Shown here in pieces: positions 1-11,486 of a DNA stretch of 64,000 bases. Both the position numbers and the translations under genes were made by a program. Source of the stretch: a virus. Its lineage: Duplodnaviria; Heunggongvirae; Uroviricota; Caudoviricetes. The DNA lies in IMG/VR virus record IMGVR_UViG_2585427757_000006. One strand, written 5' to 3'. Every line of letters begins with the position of its first letter. Position 1 is the stretch's first letter. Below the pieces are notes generated by a model. That model saw only the letters and a list, made by a program, of their open reading frames with translations. It was not told the origin of the DNA and did not search any database.

Positions 1-1830
<1,830 letters not shown>

Positions 1831-2059
1831 TGACCAATAGCGGACATTAAAAATGGCGAAAAACGGCCAATAATCTTGGCGTTGACAGTGTTACGGGGGA
1901 TAAAATCAGGAGTTGAATAAATACGAAAAAGGAGGCGACACCCCTCCTTCCCTCCCCACTTATACATACCTGGCTTCTTCGCTATACATGTTGTGTTTTA
2001 TCTGTCTCAACCTCTCTATAGGCGTTAATGCTCACTCCTTCCAGAACGTTCTATACGGC

Positions 2060-2830
2060 GACTATTTCTGTTGGTGAATTGGGTGTGTTGTTCTCTCTGT
2101 CGGTGTATGTGGTTTCGTTCGTTTTGCGGTGGTTCTTCTATGGGGTGTTCTCGTCGTTTTGGTGATTGTTCTTCTCCGTGTATGGAGTAATGGCAGGGGG
2201 GCGATTCCTTTCGTTGTTGTGTTTGAGTTGTTTGTCTGGAGTGTGTGAAAGGCTTTTGCAGTTATTCGTGTATTGGGTAATGGCATTTCCCGTGATTGTT
2301 GTGTTTCGTGTCTTTTGGGATTGAGAGAAACCTTGCGGTTACAGGCTTCGTTGGGGTTTCAGTGATTCTGGTGTTCTTCGCTGTTTGGGGAATGGCGTGT
2401 CGTGGGTATCGCGCGTATGAATGTTTTCGGATTGCCTGTGAAAGTTAGGTTGGTTGTCCGGTAGCCTGGGGAGAAGAGGTGGGTCTTTTCGGTAGCCTGG
2501 GGAGAAGAGGTGGGTCTTTTCGGTAGCCTGCCATAAAGAGGTTGGTTGTTTTTGGAAATGGCATTTGTGTTATTTAGTTGTTTTGTTATGCCTGAAAATA
2601 AGTTGTTTATATGGTTGTGTAACGCAACGGGAGCGATTTTGAGCGTGTGTTTTTGTTGGTAGTGTGTTGGGTCGTCTGTGGTGAAAATTGGACGCTGTGG
2701 CGCTGTCTGCTGCGTAGAGTTACGGGTATAAGCAGTGATGTGTGAAAACGTCAATTTTTTAGACCAAATCGGGTGAAAGCGTTGATGTTTCGTTGATCTG
2801 TTATTCAGTTGTTTTCTTGATTGTATAAAC
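2060..2830. repeat. G+T-skewed tract without credible coding potential, with degenerate ~90-115 bp periodic units
   Basis: Plus strand almost only G and T. Cores gtaatggca at 2187 and 2277, aatggcg at 2391, aatggca at 2557. The units gtgtatggagtaatggca and gtgtattgggtaatggca are clearly homologous. Only low-complexity minus-strand ORFs. Confidence 0.6.
2459..2530 (+). repeat. Perfect 31-bp tandem repeat, 2.3 copies
   Basis: cggtagcctggggagaagaggtgggtctttt at 2459-2489 and 2490-2520, then cggtagcctg at 2521-2530. Confidence 0.95.
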
Positions 2831-2963
2831 AACTATAGCTTATTGATATTTAAGGATGTGATTGCGGGTATGGAAGAAGAGTAGTGGCGATCAACGGATT
2901 CTTATAGAAAAGAATCAAATTGTGACCGCCATTATCAACTGATTGATTTGTTTACTTGTGTAG

Positions 2964-3362
2964 TCAGTTCTCGAAATGAATAGGGTCAACGTAATGCCGC
3001 TCACCGCTTTTACCATTACACAGCACTGTAACTTTCGCCTTTTCACTCCAGGCTGAGTATAGAAAGTTCCCATCAGGTTGAACATGGTAACGAGAGAAGT
3101 AAACATCGCCGACTGAGGCGTCGAACATGTTCCTATCTTTTTCACTTTGGGCAAGCGAGATGGATATCACCGAATTCCCATTTGGGGAAACGATTTTAAA
3201 TTTATTCCCTATATCCATAACAATATTGTAACCAGGTAATTGCTTGTGTGTTTCCGGATCTATTTTCATGCATCGTGGGTACACGATAGTGTTAGGCTCT
3301 TCAACTGGCGTGGCATTAGCAGAAAGCACAAAAAATATTAGTGCCAATGGTGCATATTTCAT
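2964..3362 (-). CDS. Hypothetical secreted protein (132 aa)
   Basis: N-terminal signal-like MKYAPLALIFFVLSANA. SD gaggg 6 nt upstream of the ATG at 3362. Confidence 0.6.
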   Translation of the reverse strand: MKYAPLALIFFVLSANATPVEEPNTIVYPRCMKIDPETHKQLPGYNIVMDIGNKFKIVSPNGNSVISISLAQSEKDRNMFDASVGDVYFSRYHVQPDGNFLYSAWSEKAKVTVLCNGKSGERHYVDPIHFEN

Positions 3363-3369
3363 TTATCCC

Positions 3370-3663
3370 TCACAATTTCCAATTTTCCAGACCATCGTCT
3401 ATTTCAGCGTCAGGGTGGAATTGTACCGCATCAAATCCTACATCGAGCACCTTTCGAATGTTCTTGATGGTTTGCTATGTGACACCGTAATCACGCAGCT
3501 TTTCTTCCCTCCCCTGACTCCCCCATACTCCGTTTCTGTACCCAATTGAGTCCGAGATTGTATGGTGCTCGAAACAGATATTTGGTAGACACTCAGAGTC
3601 ATGCTGTGTAACGAGGGTAGGGCTACTAACTGTCGTCTTATACAATTTGGTGAGTTTCAGCAT
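3370..3663 (-). pseudogene. Small ORF interrupted by an in-frame TAG (62 + 34 codons)
   Basis: ORF 3475..3663 ends at TAG (plus cta 3475-3477). The same frame stays open 34 more codons (QTIKNIRKVLDVGFDAVQFHPDAEIDDGLENWKL) to TGA at 3370-3372, just before the next gene's SD. Confidence 0.45.
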
Positions 3664-3905
3664 TTTACCACCCCGTTCGGAAACAACTCATTCGCCGTAG
3701 TTGATATAACCTCCCAATTAACGCCGACATCAGCGTTATGGCATTGTCTGATTTTTTGCATCACCTGTACGCATTGTTCATCAGTGAGATCTGTCCTTAC
3801 TTCAGCAATATCTTCTTTGTGCCACATAACCATGAGTAAGGGTTCGTCTTCTGGATAGTTTTTCAGTTTCTCGATGATTTCTTTTGCTGTTCCAAACATC
3901 TTCAT
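3657..3905 (-). CDS. Hypothetical protein (82 aa)
   Basis: SD aggag directly upstream of the ATG at 3905. 7-nt overlap with the downstream ORF start (3663). Preceded by the operator-like palindrome. Confidence 0.55.
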   Translation of the reverse strand: MKMFGTAKEIIEKLKNYPEDEPLLMVMWHKEDIAEVRTDLTDEQCVQVMQKIRQCHNADVGVNWEVISTTANELFPNGVVKC

Positions 3906-3910
3906 CTCCT

Positions 3911-3979
3911 AAACAATTTGTTTTCTTATATGACTTATTATCTCAATCAACAAAAGGTAGAAAACAAATTGTTTTAGAG
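3911..3979. promoter_or_regulatory. Two copies of the AAACAA-N-TTGTTT palindrome (family A)
   Basis: aaacaatttgttttcttata 3911-3930 and gaaaacaaattgttttagag 3960-3979. The first ends 5 nt before the SD of gene 3657..3905. Confidence 0.5.
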
Positions 3980-4010
3980 TTTGTTAAAGTCAGAAGGGGT
4001 TGTGTCTATA

Positions 4011-4039
4011 TGAAAATGCCCGGCGTGTTGCCGGGCATT
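4011..4039 (-). terminator. metG intrinsic terminator
   Basis: Stem aatgcccggc / gccgggcatt (4015-4024 / 4030-4039) with loop gtgtt, followed on the minus strand by tttTc; 20 nt after the metG stop. Confidence 0.7.
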
Positions 4040-4058
4040 GCGAAGAGAGGGTGTTTAA

Positions 4059-6092
4059 TTACTTAACCTGGTGGCCAGGTTTAGCACCAGCATCCGGGCT
4101 TAACAGGAAGATATCTTTCCCCCCGGGGCCAGCAGCCATTACCATGCCTTCGGAGATACCAAAGCGCATTTTACGCGGTGCCAGGTTGGCCACCATAATG
4201 GTGTGACGCCCGATCAGTGCCTGCGGATCTGGGTAGGCAGAACGAATACCGGAGAAGACATTGCGTTTTTCACCACCGAGATCCAGCGTCAGGCGAAGCA
4301 GTTTGTCAGAACCTTCTACAAACTCTGCGTTTTCAATCAGCGCCACGCGCAGGTCAACTTTGGCGAAGTCGTCAAAGGTGATAGTTTCCTGAATCGGGTC
4401 GTCAGCCAGTGGGCCAGTTACCGGTGCGGCTGTGGCTTTCACTTCTTCTTTGGATGCTTCCACCAGTGCTTCAACCTGCTTCATATCGATGCGGTTATAC
4501 AGTGCCTTGAACGGATTCACTTTATGGCCCAGCAGCGGTTGCTGGATACCATCCCAGGTCAGTTCTGTATTCAGGAATGCTTCTGCACGTTCAGTCAGTT
4601 TCGGCAGTACCGGTTTCAGGTACGTCATCAGCACGCGGAACAGGTTAATGCCCATAGAGCAAATCGCCTGCAGATCGGCATCGCGTCCTTCCTGCTTTGC
4701 CACCACCCACGGAGCCTGTTCATCAACATAGCGGTTAGCCAGGTCAGCCAGTGCCATGATTTCACGGATAGCTTTGCCAAATTCGCGGCTTTCCCATGCT
4801 TCGCCAATCACTTCAGCGGCATCAGTAAAGGTTTTGTACAGTTGCGGGTCAGCCAGTTCGCTTGCCAGCACGCCGTCAAAACGCTTGTTGATAAAGCCTG
4901 CATTACGGGAGGCCAGGTTAACCACTTTGTTAACGATATCGGCATTCACACGCTGAACGAAATCTTCCAGGTTGAGATCGATATCATCAATGCGCGAAGA
5001 GAGTTTCGCAGTGTAGTAGTAACGCAGGCTGTCGGCGTCAAAATGATTCAGCCAGGTGCTGGCTTTAATAAAGGTGCCGCGAGACTTGGACATCTTCGCG
5101 CCGTTCACCGTCACATAGCCGTGAACAAACAGGTTGGTCGGCTTGCGGAAGTTGCTGCCTTCCAGCATGGCAGGCCAGAACAGGCTGTGGAAGTAAACGA
5201 TATCTTTGCCGATGAAGTGGTACAGCTCGGCGGTGGAGTCTTTCTTCCAGTATTCGTCGAAGCTGGTAGTGTCGCCGCGTTTGTCGCACAGATTCTTGAA
5301 GGAACCCATGTAGCCAATCGGCGCGTCCAGCCAGACGTAGAAGTATTTGCCCGGTGCGTTCGGAATTTCAAAACCGAAGTAAGGTGCGTCACGGGAGATA
5401 TCCCACTGTTGCAGGCCAGATTCAAACCACTCCTGCATTTTGTTTGCCACCTGCTCCTGCAACGCACCGCTGCGGGTCCATGCCTGCAACATTTCGCTGA
5501 AAGAAGGCAGATCAAAGAAGAAGTGTTCGGAATCACGCATTACCGGTGTAGCGCCAGAAACCACTGATTTCGGCTCGATCAGTTCCGTCGGGCTGTATGT
5601 CGCGCCGCAGACTTCACAGTTATCGCCGTATTGATCCGGCGCTTTACATTTCGGGCATGTGCCTTTTACAAAACGGTCCGGCAGGAACATGCCTTTTTCC
5701 GGGTCGTACAGCTGAGAGATGGTGCGGTTTTTAATAAAACCGTTCTCTTTCAGGCGAGTATAGATAAGCTCGGACAACTGACGGTTCTCTTCGCTGTGCG
5801 TCGAGTGATAGTTGTCATAGCTGATGTTAAAGCCTGCGAAATCAGTCTGATGTTCCTGACTCATTTCGCCAATCATCTGTTCCGGTGTGATACCAAGCTG
5901 CTGTGCTTTCAGCATGATTGGCGTACCGTGGGCATCGTCGGCACAGATGAAATTAACCTCGTGGCCGCGCATTCGCTGGTAACGAACCCAGACATCAGCC
6001 TGGATGTGCTCCAGCATATGGCCGAGGTGGATTGAGCCGTTAGCGTACGGCAGCGCGCACGTCACCAGAATTTTCTTCGCGACTTGGGTCAT
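4059..6092 (-). CDS. metG: Methionyl-tRNA synthetase (677 aa from [25 protein letters not shown])
   Basis: HIGH (HLGH) and KMSKS motifs, Zn knuckle CPKCK..CEVCG. Near-identical to E. coli MetG as recalled. The track ORF has a 43-codon upstream extension; ATG taken at 6092. Confidence 0.97.
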   Translation of the reverse strand: MTQVAKKILVTCALPYANGSIHLGHMLEHIQADVWVRYQRMRGHEVNFICADDAHGTPIMLKAQQLGITPEQMIGEMSQEHQTDFAGFNISYDNYHSTHSEENRQLSELIYTRLKENGFIKNRTISQLYDPEKGMFLPDRFVKGTCPKCKAPDQYGDNCEVCGATYSPTELIEPKSVVSGATPVMRDSEHFFFDLPSFSEMLQAWTRSGALQEQVANKMQEWFESGLQQWDISRDAPYFGFEIPNAPGKYFYVWLDAPIGYMGSFKNLCDKRGDTTSFDEYWKKDSTAELYHFIGKDIVYFHSLFWPAMLEGSNFRKPTNLFVHGYVTVNGAKMSKSRGTFIKASTWLNHFDADSLRYYYTAKLSSRIDDIDLNLEDFVQRVNADIVNKVVNLASRNAGFINKRFDGVLASELADPQLYKTFTDAAEVIGEAWESREFGKAIREIMALADLANRYVDEQAPWVVAKQEGRDADLQAICSMGINLFRVLMTYLKPVLPKLTERAEAFLNTELTWDGIQQPLLGHKVNPFKALYNRIDMKQVEALVEASKEEVKATAAPVTGPLADDPIQETITFDDFAKVDLRVALIENAEFVEGSDKLLRLTLDLGGEKRNVFSGIRSAYPDPQALIGRHTIMVANLAPRKMRFGISEGMVMAAGPGGKDIFLLSPDAGAKPGHQVK

Positions 6093-6249
6093 AGTAGGCA
6101 TTACTTCTTTGTAGTGAAAAGGGGCTTGATAGTAACAAAATGGCCTTATGTCTGCCATGTGATAACAGCATTTCTCATAAATGATTAAATGTCGTAGCTG
6201 GAGTACACTACAAGGCGACAATTGCGCAAATTAAAATAAAGGAGACGGG

Positions 6250-7350
6250 ATGAGCGAGTCCAAATCGCCGGATGCCCTGAGAGCAATGGTAGCCGGTACG
6301 CTGGCTAATTTTCAGCACCCAACCCTGAAACACAACCTGACTACGCTTAAAGCGTTACACCATGTTGCGTTGATGGATGACACACTGCATGTCGAACTAA
6401 TCATGCCTTTCGTGTGGAATAAGCCTTTTGAAGACCTGAAAGAGCAATGTAGTGGTGATCTGCTCCGTATCACTGGCGCAAAGGCTATTGACTGGAAGCT
6501 GTCGTACAACATTGCCACGCTTAAGCGCGTCAAAAACCAACCAGGCATTAATGGCGTTAAGAACATTATCGCCGTCAGCTCAGGCAAGGGCGGCGTGGGT
6601 AAATCCTCCACGGCGGTAAACCTGGCACTGGCGTTGGCTGCTGAAGGTGCGAAAGTTGGTATTTTGGATGCCGATATCTATGGTCCATCAATTCCAACCA
6701 TGCTGGGCGCGGAAAACCAACGTCCAACCTCACCGGACGGTACTCACATGGCACCTATCATGTCTCATGGCCTGGCAACCAACTCTATTGGTTATCTGGT
6801 CACCGACGACAATGCAATGGTGTGGCGTGGACCGATGGCCAGCAAGGCGCTGATGCAGATGTTGCAGGAAACACTGTGGCCTGATCTGGACTATCTCGTT
6901 CTCGATATGCCACCGGGCACTGGTGATATTCAATTGACGCTGGCGCAGAACATTCCTGTAACTGGTGCGGTTGTGGTAACTACGCCGCAAGACATCGCGC
7001 TGATCGATGCGAAGAAAGGCATTGTGATGTTCGAAAAAGTCGAAGTGCCGGTACTGGGTATCGTTGAAAACATGAGTGTGCATATTTGCAGTAACTGCGG
7101 TCATCACGAGCCAATTTTTGGCACCGGTGGCGCACAGAAACTGGCCGAGAAATACAACACGCAGTTGTTAGGCCAAATGCCACTTCATATCTCTCTTCGT
7201 GAAGATCTGGATAACGGAACACCAACCGTTATTAGTCGTCCAGATAGTGAATTTACGGCTATTTATCGTGACCTCGCAGATCGCGTTGCTGCCCAAATGT
7301 ATTGGCAAGGTGAAGTAATACCTGGCGAAATCGCATTCCGCGCAGTGTGA
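6250..7350 (+). CDS. apbC: Fe-S cluster carrier ATPase ApbC/Mrp
   Basis: [11 protein letters not shown]-loop and the CSNCGHH motif. Collinear with E. coli Mrp as recalled; divergent from metG as in E. coli. Confidence 0.95.
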   Translation: MSESKSPDALRAMVAGTLANFQHPTLKHNLTTLKALHHVALMDDTLHVELIMPFVWNKPFEDLKEQCSGDLLRITGAKAIDWKLSYNIATLKRVKNQPGINGVKNIIAVSSGKGGVGKSSTAVNLALALAAEGAKVGILDADIYGPSIPTMLGAENQRPTSPDGTHMAPIMSHGLATNSIGYLVTDDNAMVWRGPMASKALMQMLQETLWPDLDYLVLDMPPGTGDIQLTLAQNIPVTGAVVVTTPQDIALIDAKKGIVMFEKVEVPVLGIVENMSVHICSNCGHHEPIFGTGGAQKLAEKYNTQLLGQMPLHISLREDLDNGTPTVISRPDSEFTAIYRDLADRVAAQMYWQGEVIPGEIAFRAV

Positions 7351-7356
7351 TAAAAA

Positions 7357-7486
7357 GGTGGTGCTTTTGCCGTTACGCACCCCCCCGTCAGTAGCTGAAC
7401 AGGAGGGACAGCTGATAGAAACAGAAGCCACTGGAGCACCTCAAAAACACCATCATACACTAAATCAGTAAGTTGGCAGCATCACC
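7357..7486 (-). mobile_element. IS1 left-end fragment (~130 bp, truncated)
   Basis: Reverse complement of IS1 IRL ggtgatgctgccaacttactgat (7486-7464) plus the insA start at 7431. ORF 7168..7431 begins [16 protein letters not shown], the InsA N-terminus, then runs into antisense apbC. Confidence 0.85.
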
Positions 7487-7597
7487 GAGCGCCAGCGGCG
7501 AACATATGAGCTTCGGAAATACTAGACATTCTTAACTCCGTTGTTTTCTAGTTGTGGTTATTTTCACAAATAAGAAAAGATAGAAAACAATTTATTT

Positions 7598-7618
7598 AAG
7601 GCCACAACTTATGGCCTT
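7598..7618. terminator. Hairpin downstream of gene 7649..8029
   Basis: aaggcca caactta tggcctt with A/T-rich flanks. Orientation and function uncertain. Confidence 0.4.
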
Positions 7619-7648
7619 TATTTATTCATGCCGAAGGATTTGTAGCGT

Positions 7649-8029
7649 CTAATTGCCGGATAAAATGGGGTGAGGTGCTTGCCAGTAGGCTCCACCGTTC
7701 CATGTGAACCCCATGCGAATAAGAGTGTTTATTGCGGCTTTGGTAGACTCCGATTCGACACTGGCTTTACGAAACTCTTGAACCTCTTTCGCCAACTTGT
7801 ATGTAATTGTGCAGGGGACGATTGCAGCCCAGCCTTTCTCATGACTGTTAATGACCATCTGGATGTGACCATCCAGAATAGGTTGATTAGGCATGTTATT
7901 GAAAATGTCTGCCTGTTTTTGAATGTGAAGAAAAAGCCTTGCCAGCGCCATTTGCTCACTACGAGACAAGGGATTATCAAGAGGGCTTTTTGCAAAAGCT
8001 GCTATACGCTGTGCATCAATGCCAAACAT
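7649..8029 (-). CDS. Hypothetical protein (126 aa)
   Basis: Long ORF whose start codon shares one nt with the stop of the upstream gene (8029). No motif recognised. Confidence 0.6.
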   Translation of the reverse strand: MFGIDAQRIAAFAKSPLDNPLSRSEQMALARLFLHIQKQADIFNNMPNQPILDGHIQMVINSHEKGWAAIVPCTITYKLAKEVQEFRKASVESESTKAAINTLIRMGFTWNGGAYWQAPHPILSGN

Positions 8030-8733
8030 CAGCGCACCTCACCATCTTTATGGCTGGAGTTAACTTCCGTCATTAAATGTCTGACGTAATCGACAAGAGA
8101 GCCGCCTGGTGGAATCTGGCATTCCTCAACTAACTGGAAGTAGATATCCGCTGCATTACGTGTATTGCTACCCGCGCATATTCTTTCTTCCCGAAGTGCA
8201 TGAAGCTCGTTGATCAAACGGTCACACTCTCCGTTACGCTGATCCACAACGGCCTCAAGCTCTGCGACGCGTTCACCTGGCGTCTTACCTTCTTTGCGTT
8301 GGATGGTAACGACGAAATCGCCAATTGCAGGGACGTTGTAATCCAGCTCAAGGTAGTTTTTGGCACCGCTGCGGACGAACTCACCCGCGAACATGGTGGC
8401 GAACATCGCAGAGGCCACTTCTCCGTTGAAAAGTGACTCCAGATCTAACGGAGTCCCGGCAGCAAGAGCCTCCTTTGCTGTATCCATTGCATCCATGAAC
8501 CGATCAAACTCACTAGCGCGCTTTTCCAGGTCTTTCCATTGCTCGCTCCAACGTTTGGCAACGAAGTCTATGAATGTTTTCGCGGATTCATCAAAATTCC
8601 CCTCAAACTTAACGATGCCTTTATCAATAATGATCTGGCCTACCGCATCCTCTGCATAACCTTTCAATGTAAACTTGAAAGGAAAATCGGAATGGCCTGT
8701 GACGTTAAAATGCTCTAACTGGAGGTTGCTCAT
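8029..8733 (-). CDS. Hypothetical protein (234 aa)
   Basis: Starts in the conserved leader (plus catgtgttttt at 8731). No motif recognised. Confidence 0.65.
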   Translation of the reverse strand: MSNLQLEHFNVTGHSDFPFKFTLKGYAEDAVGQIIIDKGIVKFEGNFDESAKTFIDFVAKRWSEQWKDLEKRASEFDRFMDAMDTAKEALAAGTPLDLESLFNGEVASAMFATMFAGEFVRSGAKNYLELDYNVPAIGDFVVTIQRKEGKTPGERVAELEAVVDQRNGECDRLINELHALREERICAGSNTRNAADIYFQLVEECQIPPGGSLVDYVRHLMTEVNSSHKDGEVR

Positions 8734-8794
8734 GTGTTTTTCTCTTATCGTTTAGTAACTACATTCTTACATAAATTAAGTAAGCATTTACCTA

Positions 8795-10480
8795 TCATTT
8801 AACGCGTTTGAAAACGTATACGCTGACTGTGATCCCTGTGTCTTCAAACTCGTTGGTAAACGACTTCCCTCTGGCATAAACGTAATTATCCATCGTCATC
8901 CAGTCCAGTATTGGCGCAGTGCCCGGCAATACTGCTACAAGACGCCCGCCGACTTTCAGATGCCCCAGCGCAGCCAGCGTGTGCTCTCTATGACGACCAA
9001 GCGAGTACGGCGGGTTCATAACGATTTTGTCGAACTGATAACCTGCGTTGTCCTCAGACCACTTTATGAAGTCGCAGCAAATCGTGTTCGTATACCCTTT
9101 TCCACGCAGGATATCAGCGAAGAGAGGTGCGATTTCTATGCAGGTAACATCTTCCAGATCGGCGTCAATATAGGCCAGAAGATCCCCACGTCCGGCTTGA
9201 GGCTCCAACAGCTTCTCACCAGGCTTCAATTCAGTGGCTCTTGCAACGTACTCAGCAATCAAGCGTGGGGTAGGGTAGAACTGGTGTGATTTTGTATCCG
9301 GTATTAAACCGGTAGCCACAATCGTATTTAGCGTATGGCCGATGTCATACGGGAACTGCCAGTGCTTTTTCTCCTGCACGCCGCCAATGAAGCTCAGTGT
9401 GCGCTCAAGCTCTTCCACCTGCGACTTCTGGAGAGCTGAATCAGAGAAGTACCATACACCTTTGTCTTTGCTCAATCGCCCGTCACGAAGCGCAGTGCGA
9501 ACCGGCACGGAGATCGTCTTCTGGATTAAACCGAACTGCTTTGGTGCCCGTGTTTTTGGCGCAGTTCGGCATGGCGCGGGGATTGCAGCAGGCATACTGT
9601 AAGCCAGCACCTCATTCAACTTCCAGGCCACGTCAGGATGTATTTCAAAGTGAACGTTGCCGTTCTTGAACATCTTCACGCGCATCAGATTTCCATCGAC
9701 GTTCATCCAGTCACCGGTCTGGCAGTCGTTTGCCCGATACGCAGCTGATAGCACCTCAGCAGTGCGGTTGATGGTAATAAATTCTTTGTGCGCGAAGAAA
9801 TGAAGCAAGACACGCAGATCGTCGATGTAGTCCTCTTTGCGATAGTTCACGCTAACGCTGTCCCGCCAGAAATCAGAAATGCAGTCAGCGATTATCAGCC
9901 GCTCGCTGAAACCATTTGTCTTATTTGTCTTGTGCACAGGACTCAGCGCCTTAAACAAGCCATACACGCGCTCAGAGAGATATTTGTGCCTGTCATTCAG
10001 CAAATTAAGCATCGTGGGTATGACCGTTTCTGCTTTGAACTCCGGTACACCAACGAACTCTTTAACCTTCATCTGGTAGCCGGTTCTGTCAGTTTTGATG
10101 ACTTCCTGTTTGCCCTCTATAAACTGCTCGCGCCACTCATCTCGACGGGAAGCTGGCATGATCAGCAAAACGTTAGTCATGTCCGTGACCTTCCTCCAGT
10201 ACTCGGCCCAAATATTCTGTTTCACCCATTCCAGATCGACTTTATCCAACCAACCTCGATTTAAACGCGAGCGATCTTCATCTGGTCGATGGTTTAGTCT
10301 CAGCAGGCGATTAATCATGTTGTGGCGTTCGTCGCCATAAACGAAGTCGTGTACCTGATACATGAAGGCGATCTCTTTCTCGCACTCGGCCACAATTTCG
10401 TGGATAACGTTCATTTCCTGACGATAATCGATAGCAGTGTTTGAGCTGGCATCGTCGATGATGGAAAGGGCTGTATTCAT
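8795..10480 (-). CDS. N6-adenine DNA methyltransferase with a large N-terminal domain of unknown function (561 aa)
   Basis: C-terminal motif I LEPQAGRGDL and motif IV VMNPPYS. The first ~370 aa carry no recognised motif. Confidence 0.8.
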   Translation of the reverse strand: MNTALSIIDDASSNTAIDYRQEMNVIHEIVAECEKEIAFMYQVHDFVYGDERHNMINRLLRLNHRPDEDRSRLNRGWLDKVDLEWVKQNIWAEYWRKVTDMTNVLLIMPASRRDEWREQFIEGKQEVIKTDRTGYQMKVKEFVGVPEFKAETVIPTMLNLLNDRHKYLSERVYGLFKALSPVHKTNKTNGFSERLIIADCISDFWRDSVSVNYRKEDYIDDLRVLLHFFAHKEFITINRTAEVLSAAYRANDCQTGDWMNVDGNLMRVKMFKNGNVHFEIHPDVAWKLNEVLAYSMPAAIPAPCRTAPKTRAPKQFGLIQKTISVPVRTALRDGRLSKDKGVWYFSDSALQKSQVEELERTLSFIGGVQEKKHWQFPYDIGHTLNTIVATGLIPDTKSHQFYPTPRLIAEYVARATELKPGEKLLEPQAGRGDLLAYIDADLEDVTCIEIAPLFADILRGKGYTNTICCDFIKWSEDNAGYQFDKIVMNPPYSLGRHREHTLAALGHLKVGGRLVAVLPGTAPILDWMTMDNYVYARGKSFTNEFEDTGITVSVYVFKRVK

Positions 10481-10582
10481 AATTACACCATTAAATAATT
10501 TGTTTTCTGATTGGTGTAATTATCGCAAACTTGAAAAGGCATAAAAGCTGCATTCATAGGCGTTACAGCAGATTTAAGGCGT

Positions 10583-10604
10583 AAAAATGGGGGCTGTCGC
10601 CCCC
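10583..10604 (-). terminator. Intrinsic terminator after gene 10622..11188
   Basis: gggggc tgtc gccccc (10589-10604), followed on the minus strand by atttttac. Confidence 0.6.
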
Positions 10605-10621
10605 TGTCGACTGGTGCTGTA

Positions 10622-11188
10622 TTAGAGTGCGTATTGCGTTTTGTGCGGCTGCTTATTCAAGTCATGGCGATGCGTGAGCTCCCGCATCATGTCTTCAAGG
10701 CGACTCTTTGTGTCGTCGAGCTGGTCGGCCATTGCACCTAAAAGCTGGCGAACGGCCATCGGATCGTCGCTGTTTAGTGATGGCATTTTAGAACCTGCTT
10801 TAGAAGACATAAGGTTGATTGCAGACATCAACATCGTTAGAGAGGATTTAAGCCCGGCAATTTCACGATCTTTGCTGGCAATAATCGTCTCACTTTTGTT
10901 ACCGTCATCAGTTTCTTGAGTCTCGCTCACCATATCCAAAGTCGCTTGCAACTTATCAGCTCTCTCTTTTTCAGCAAGGTAATGAACACCGAAATGGTGT
11001 GCCAAAGCTACAATCTGAGTTGGCTCTTCAAAGGTGGAATTAAAATTAAGTATTGTAAACAGTCTCTCAAATATGGAAACGTCTTCTATTCCTCGAAGAA
11101 TGGCTAACATTTTGACCAGTTCATTAGCATCCATTTCTTCGAATAAGGCGTTTTGTTCATCAGCTATTGCTTTGCATTTCTCGCACAT
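10622..11188 (-). CDS. Hypothetical protein (188 aa)
   Basis: Conserved leader aaggaaaacacATG and a family A palindrome upstream (11205-11225). Confidence 0.6.
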   Translation of the reverse strand: MCEKCKAIADEQNALFEEMDANELVKMLAILRGIEDVSIFERLFTILNFNSTFEEPTQIVALAHHFGVHYLAEKERADKLQATLDMVSETQETDDGNKSETIIASKDREIAGLKSSLTMLMSAINLMSSKAGSKMPSLNSDDPMAVRQLLGAMADQLDDTKSRLEDMMRELTHRHDLNKQPHKTQYAL

Positions 11189-11204
11189 GTGTTTTCCTTA
11201 ATGC

Positions 11205-11225
11205 TTAAACAAGTTGTTTTCTTAT
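11205..11225. promoter_or_regulatory. Representative family A palindrome
   Basis: ttaaacaagttgttttcttat, about 17 nt upstream of the ATG at 11188. Confidence 0.5.
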
Positions 11226-11305
11226 TGGTTTTATTGTGATGTGGCATAAAAGGGGAGCAAGCTAAACGTAAAGGTGCAAACTCTCTATTTCGGTCAACGA
11301 AACAC

Positions 11306-11325
11306 AAGGGCCATTTGGCCCTTGT
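11306..11325 (-). terminator. Hairpin after the 52-aa ORF
   Basis: caagggcc attt ggcccttg, 3 nt after the TAA at 11328-11330. Confidence 0.5.
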
Positions 11326-11327
11326 CA

Positions 11328-11486
11328 TTAACACTTTGCTTTACGAACTAACGGATAAGCGAAGTAGATCGCCAAACCAATGAGGACGCCATCAGAAATG
11401 ACAGACATCATCTTTCCCGTAAAATCCACCAACACCGCCATCACCAGAAGAGCAATGACGATCACAAGCCGGAATCTCTCAAGCAT
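11328..11486 (-). CDS. Small membrane protein (52 aa), not in the ORF track
   Basis: Hand translation gives MLERFRLVIVIALLVMAVLVDFTGKMMSVISDGVLIGLAIYFAYPLVRKAKC. The ATG overlaps the TerB-like stop as TAATG at 11484-11488. Confidence 0.45.
   Translation of the reverse strand: MLERFRLVIVIALLVMAVLVDFTGKMMSVISDGVLIGLAIYFAYPLVRKAKC

Noticed and set aside
2062-2832. Minus-strand ORFs of 74 and 157 aa in the G+T-skewed tract
   Set aside because: Extreme Thr/Pro/His/Gln/Asn low-complexity composition is dictated by the C/A-only template. There is no SD, and the frames cross the 31-bp tandem repeat. Treated as non-coding.
4203-5567. 454-aa plus-strand ORF, plus several shorter ones, inside the metG region
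   Set aside because: They are antisense to an unambiguous, full-length MetRS gene. The sequences are low-complexity and Arg/Phe/Val-rich, typical of shadow ORFs in GC-rich coding DNA.
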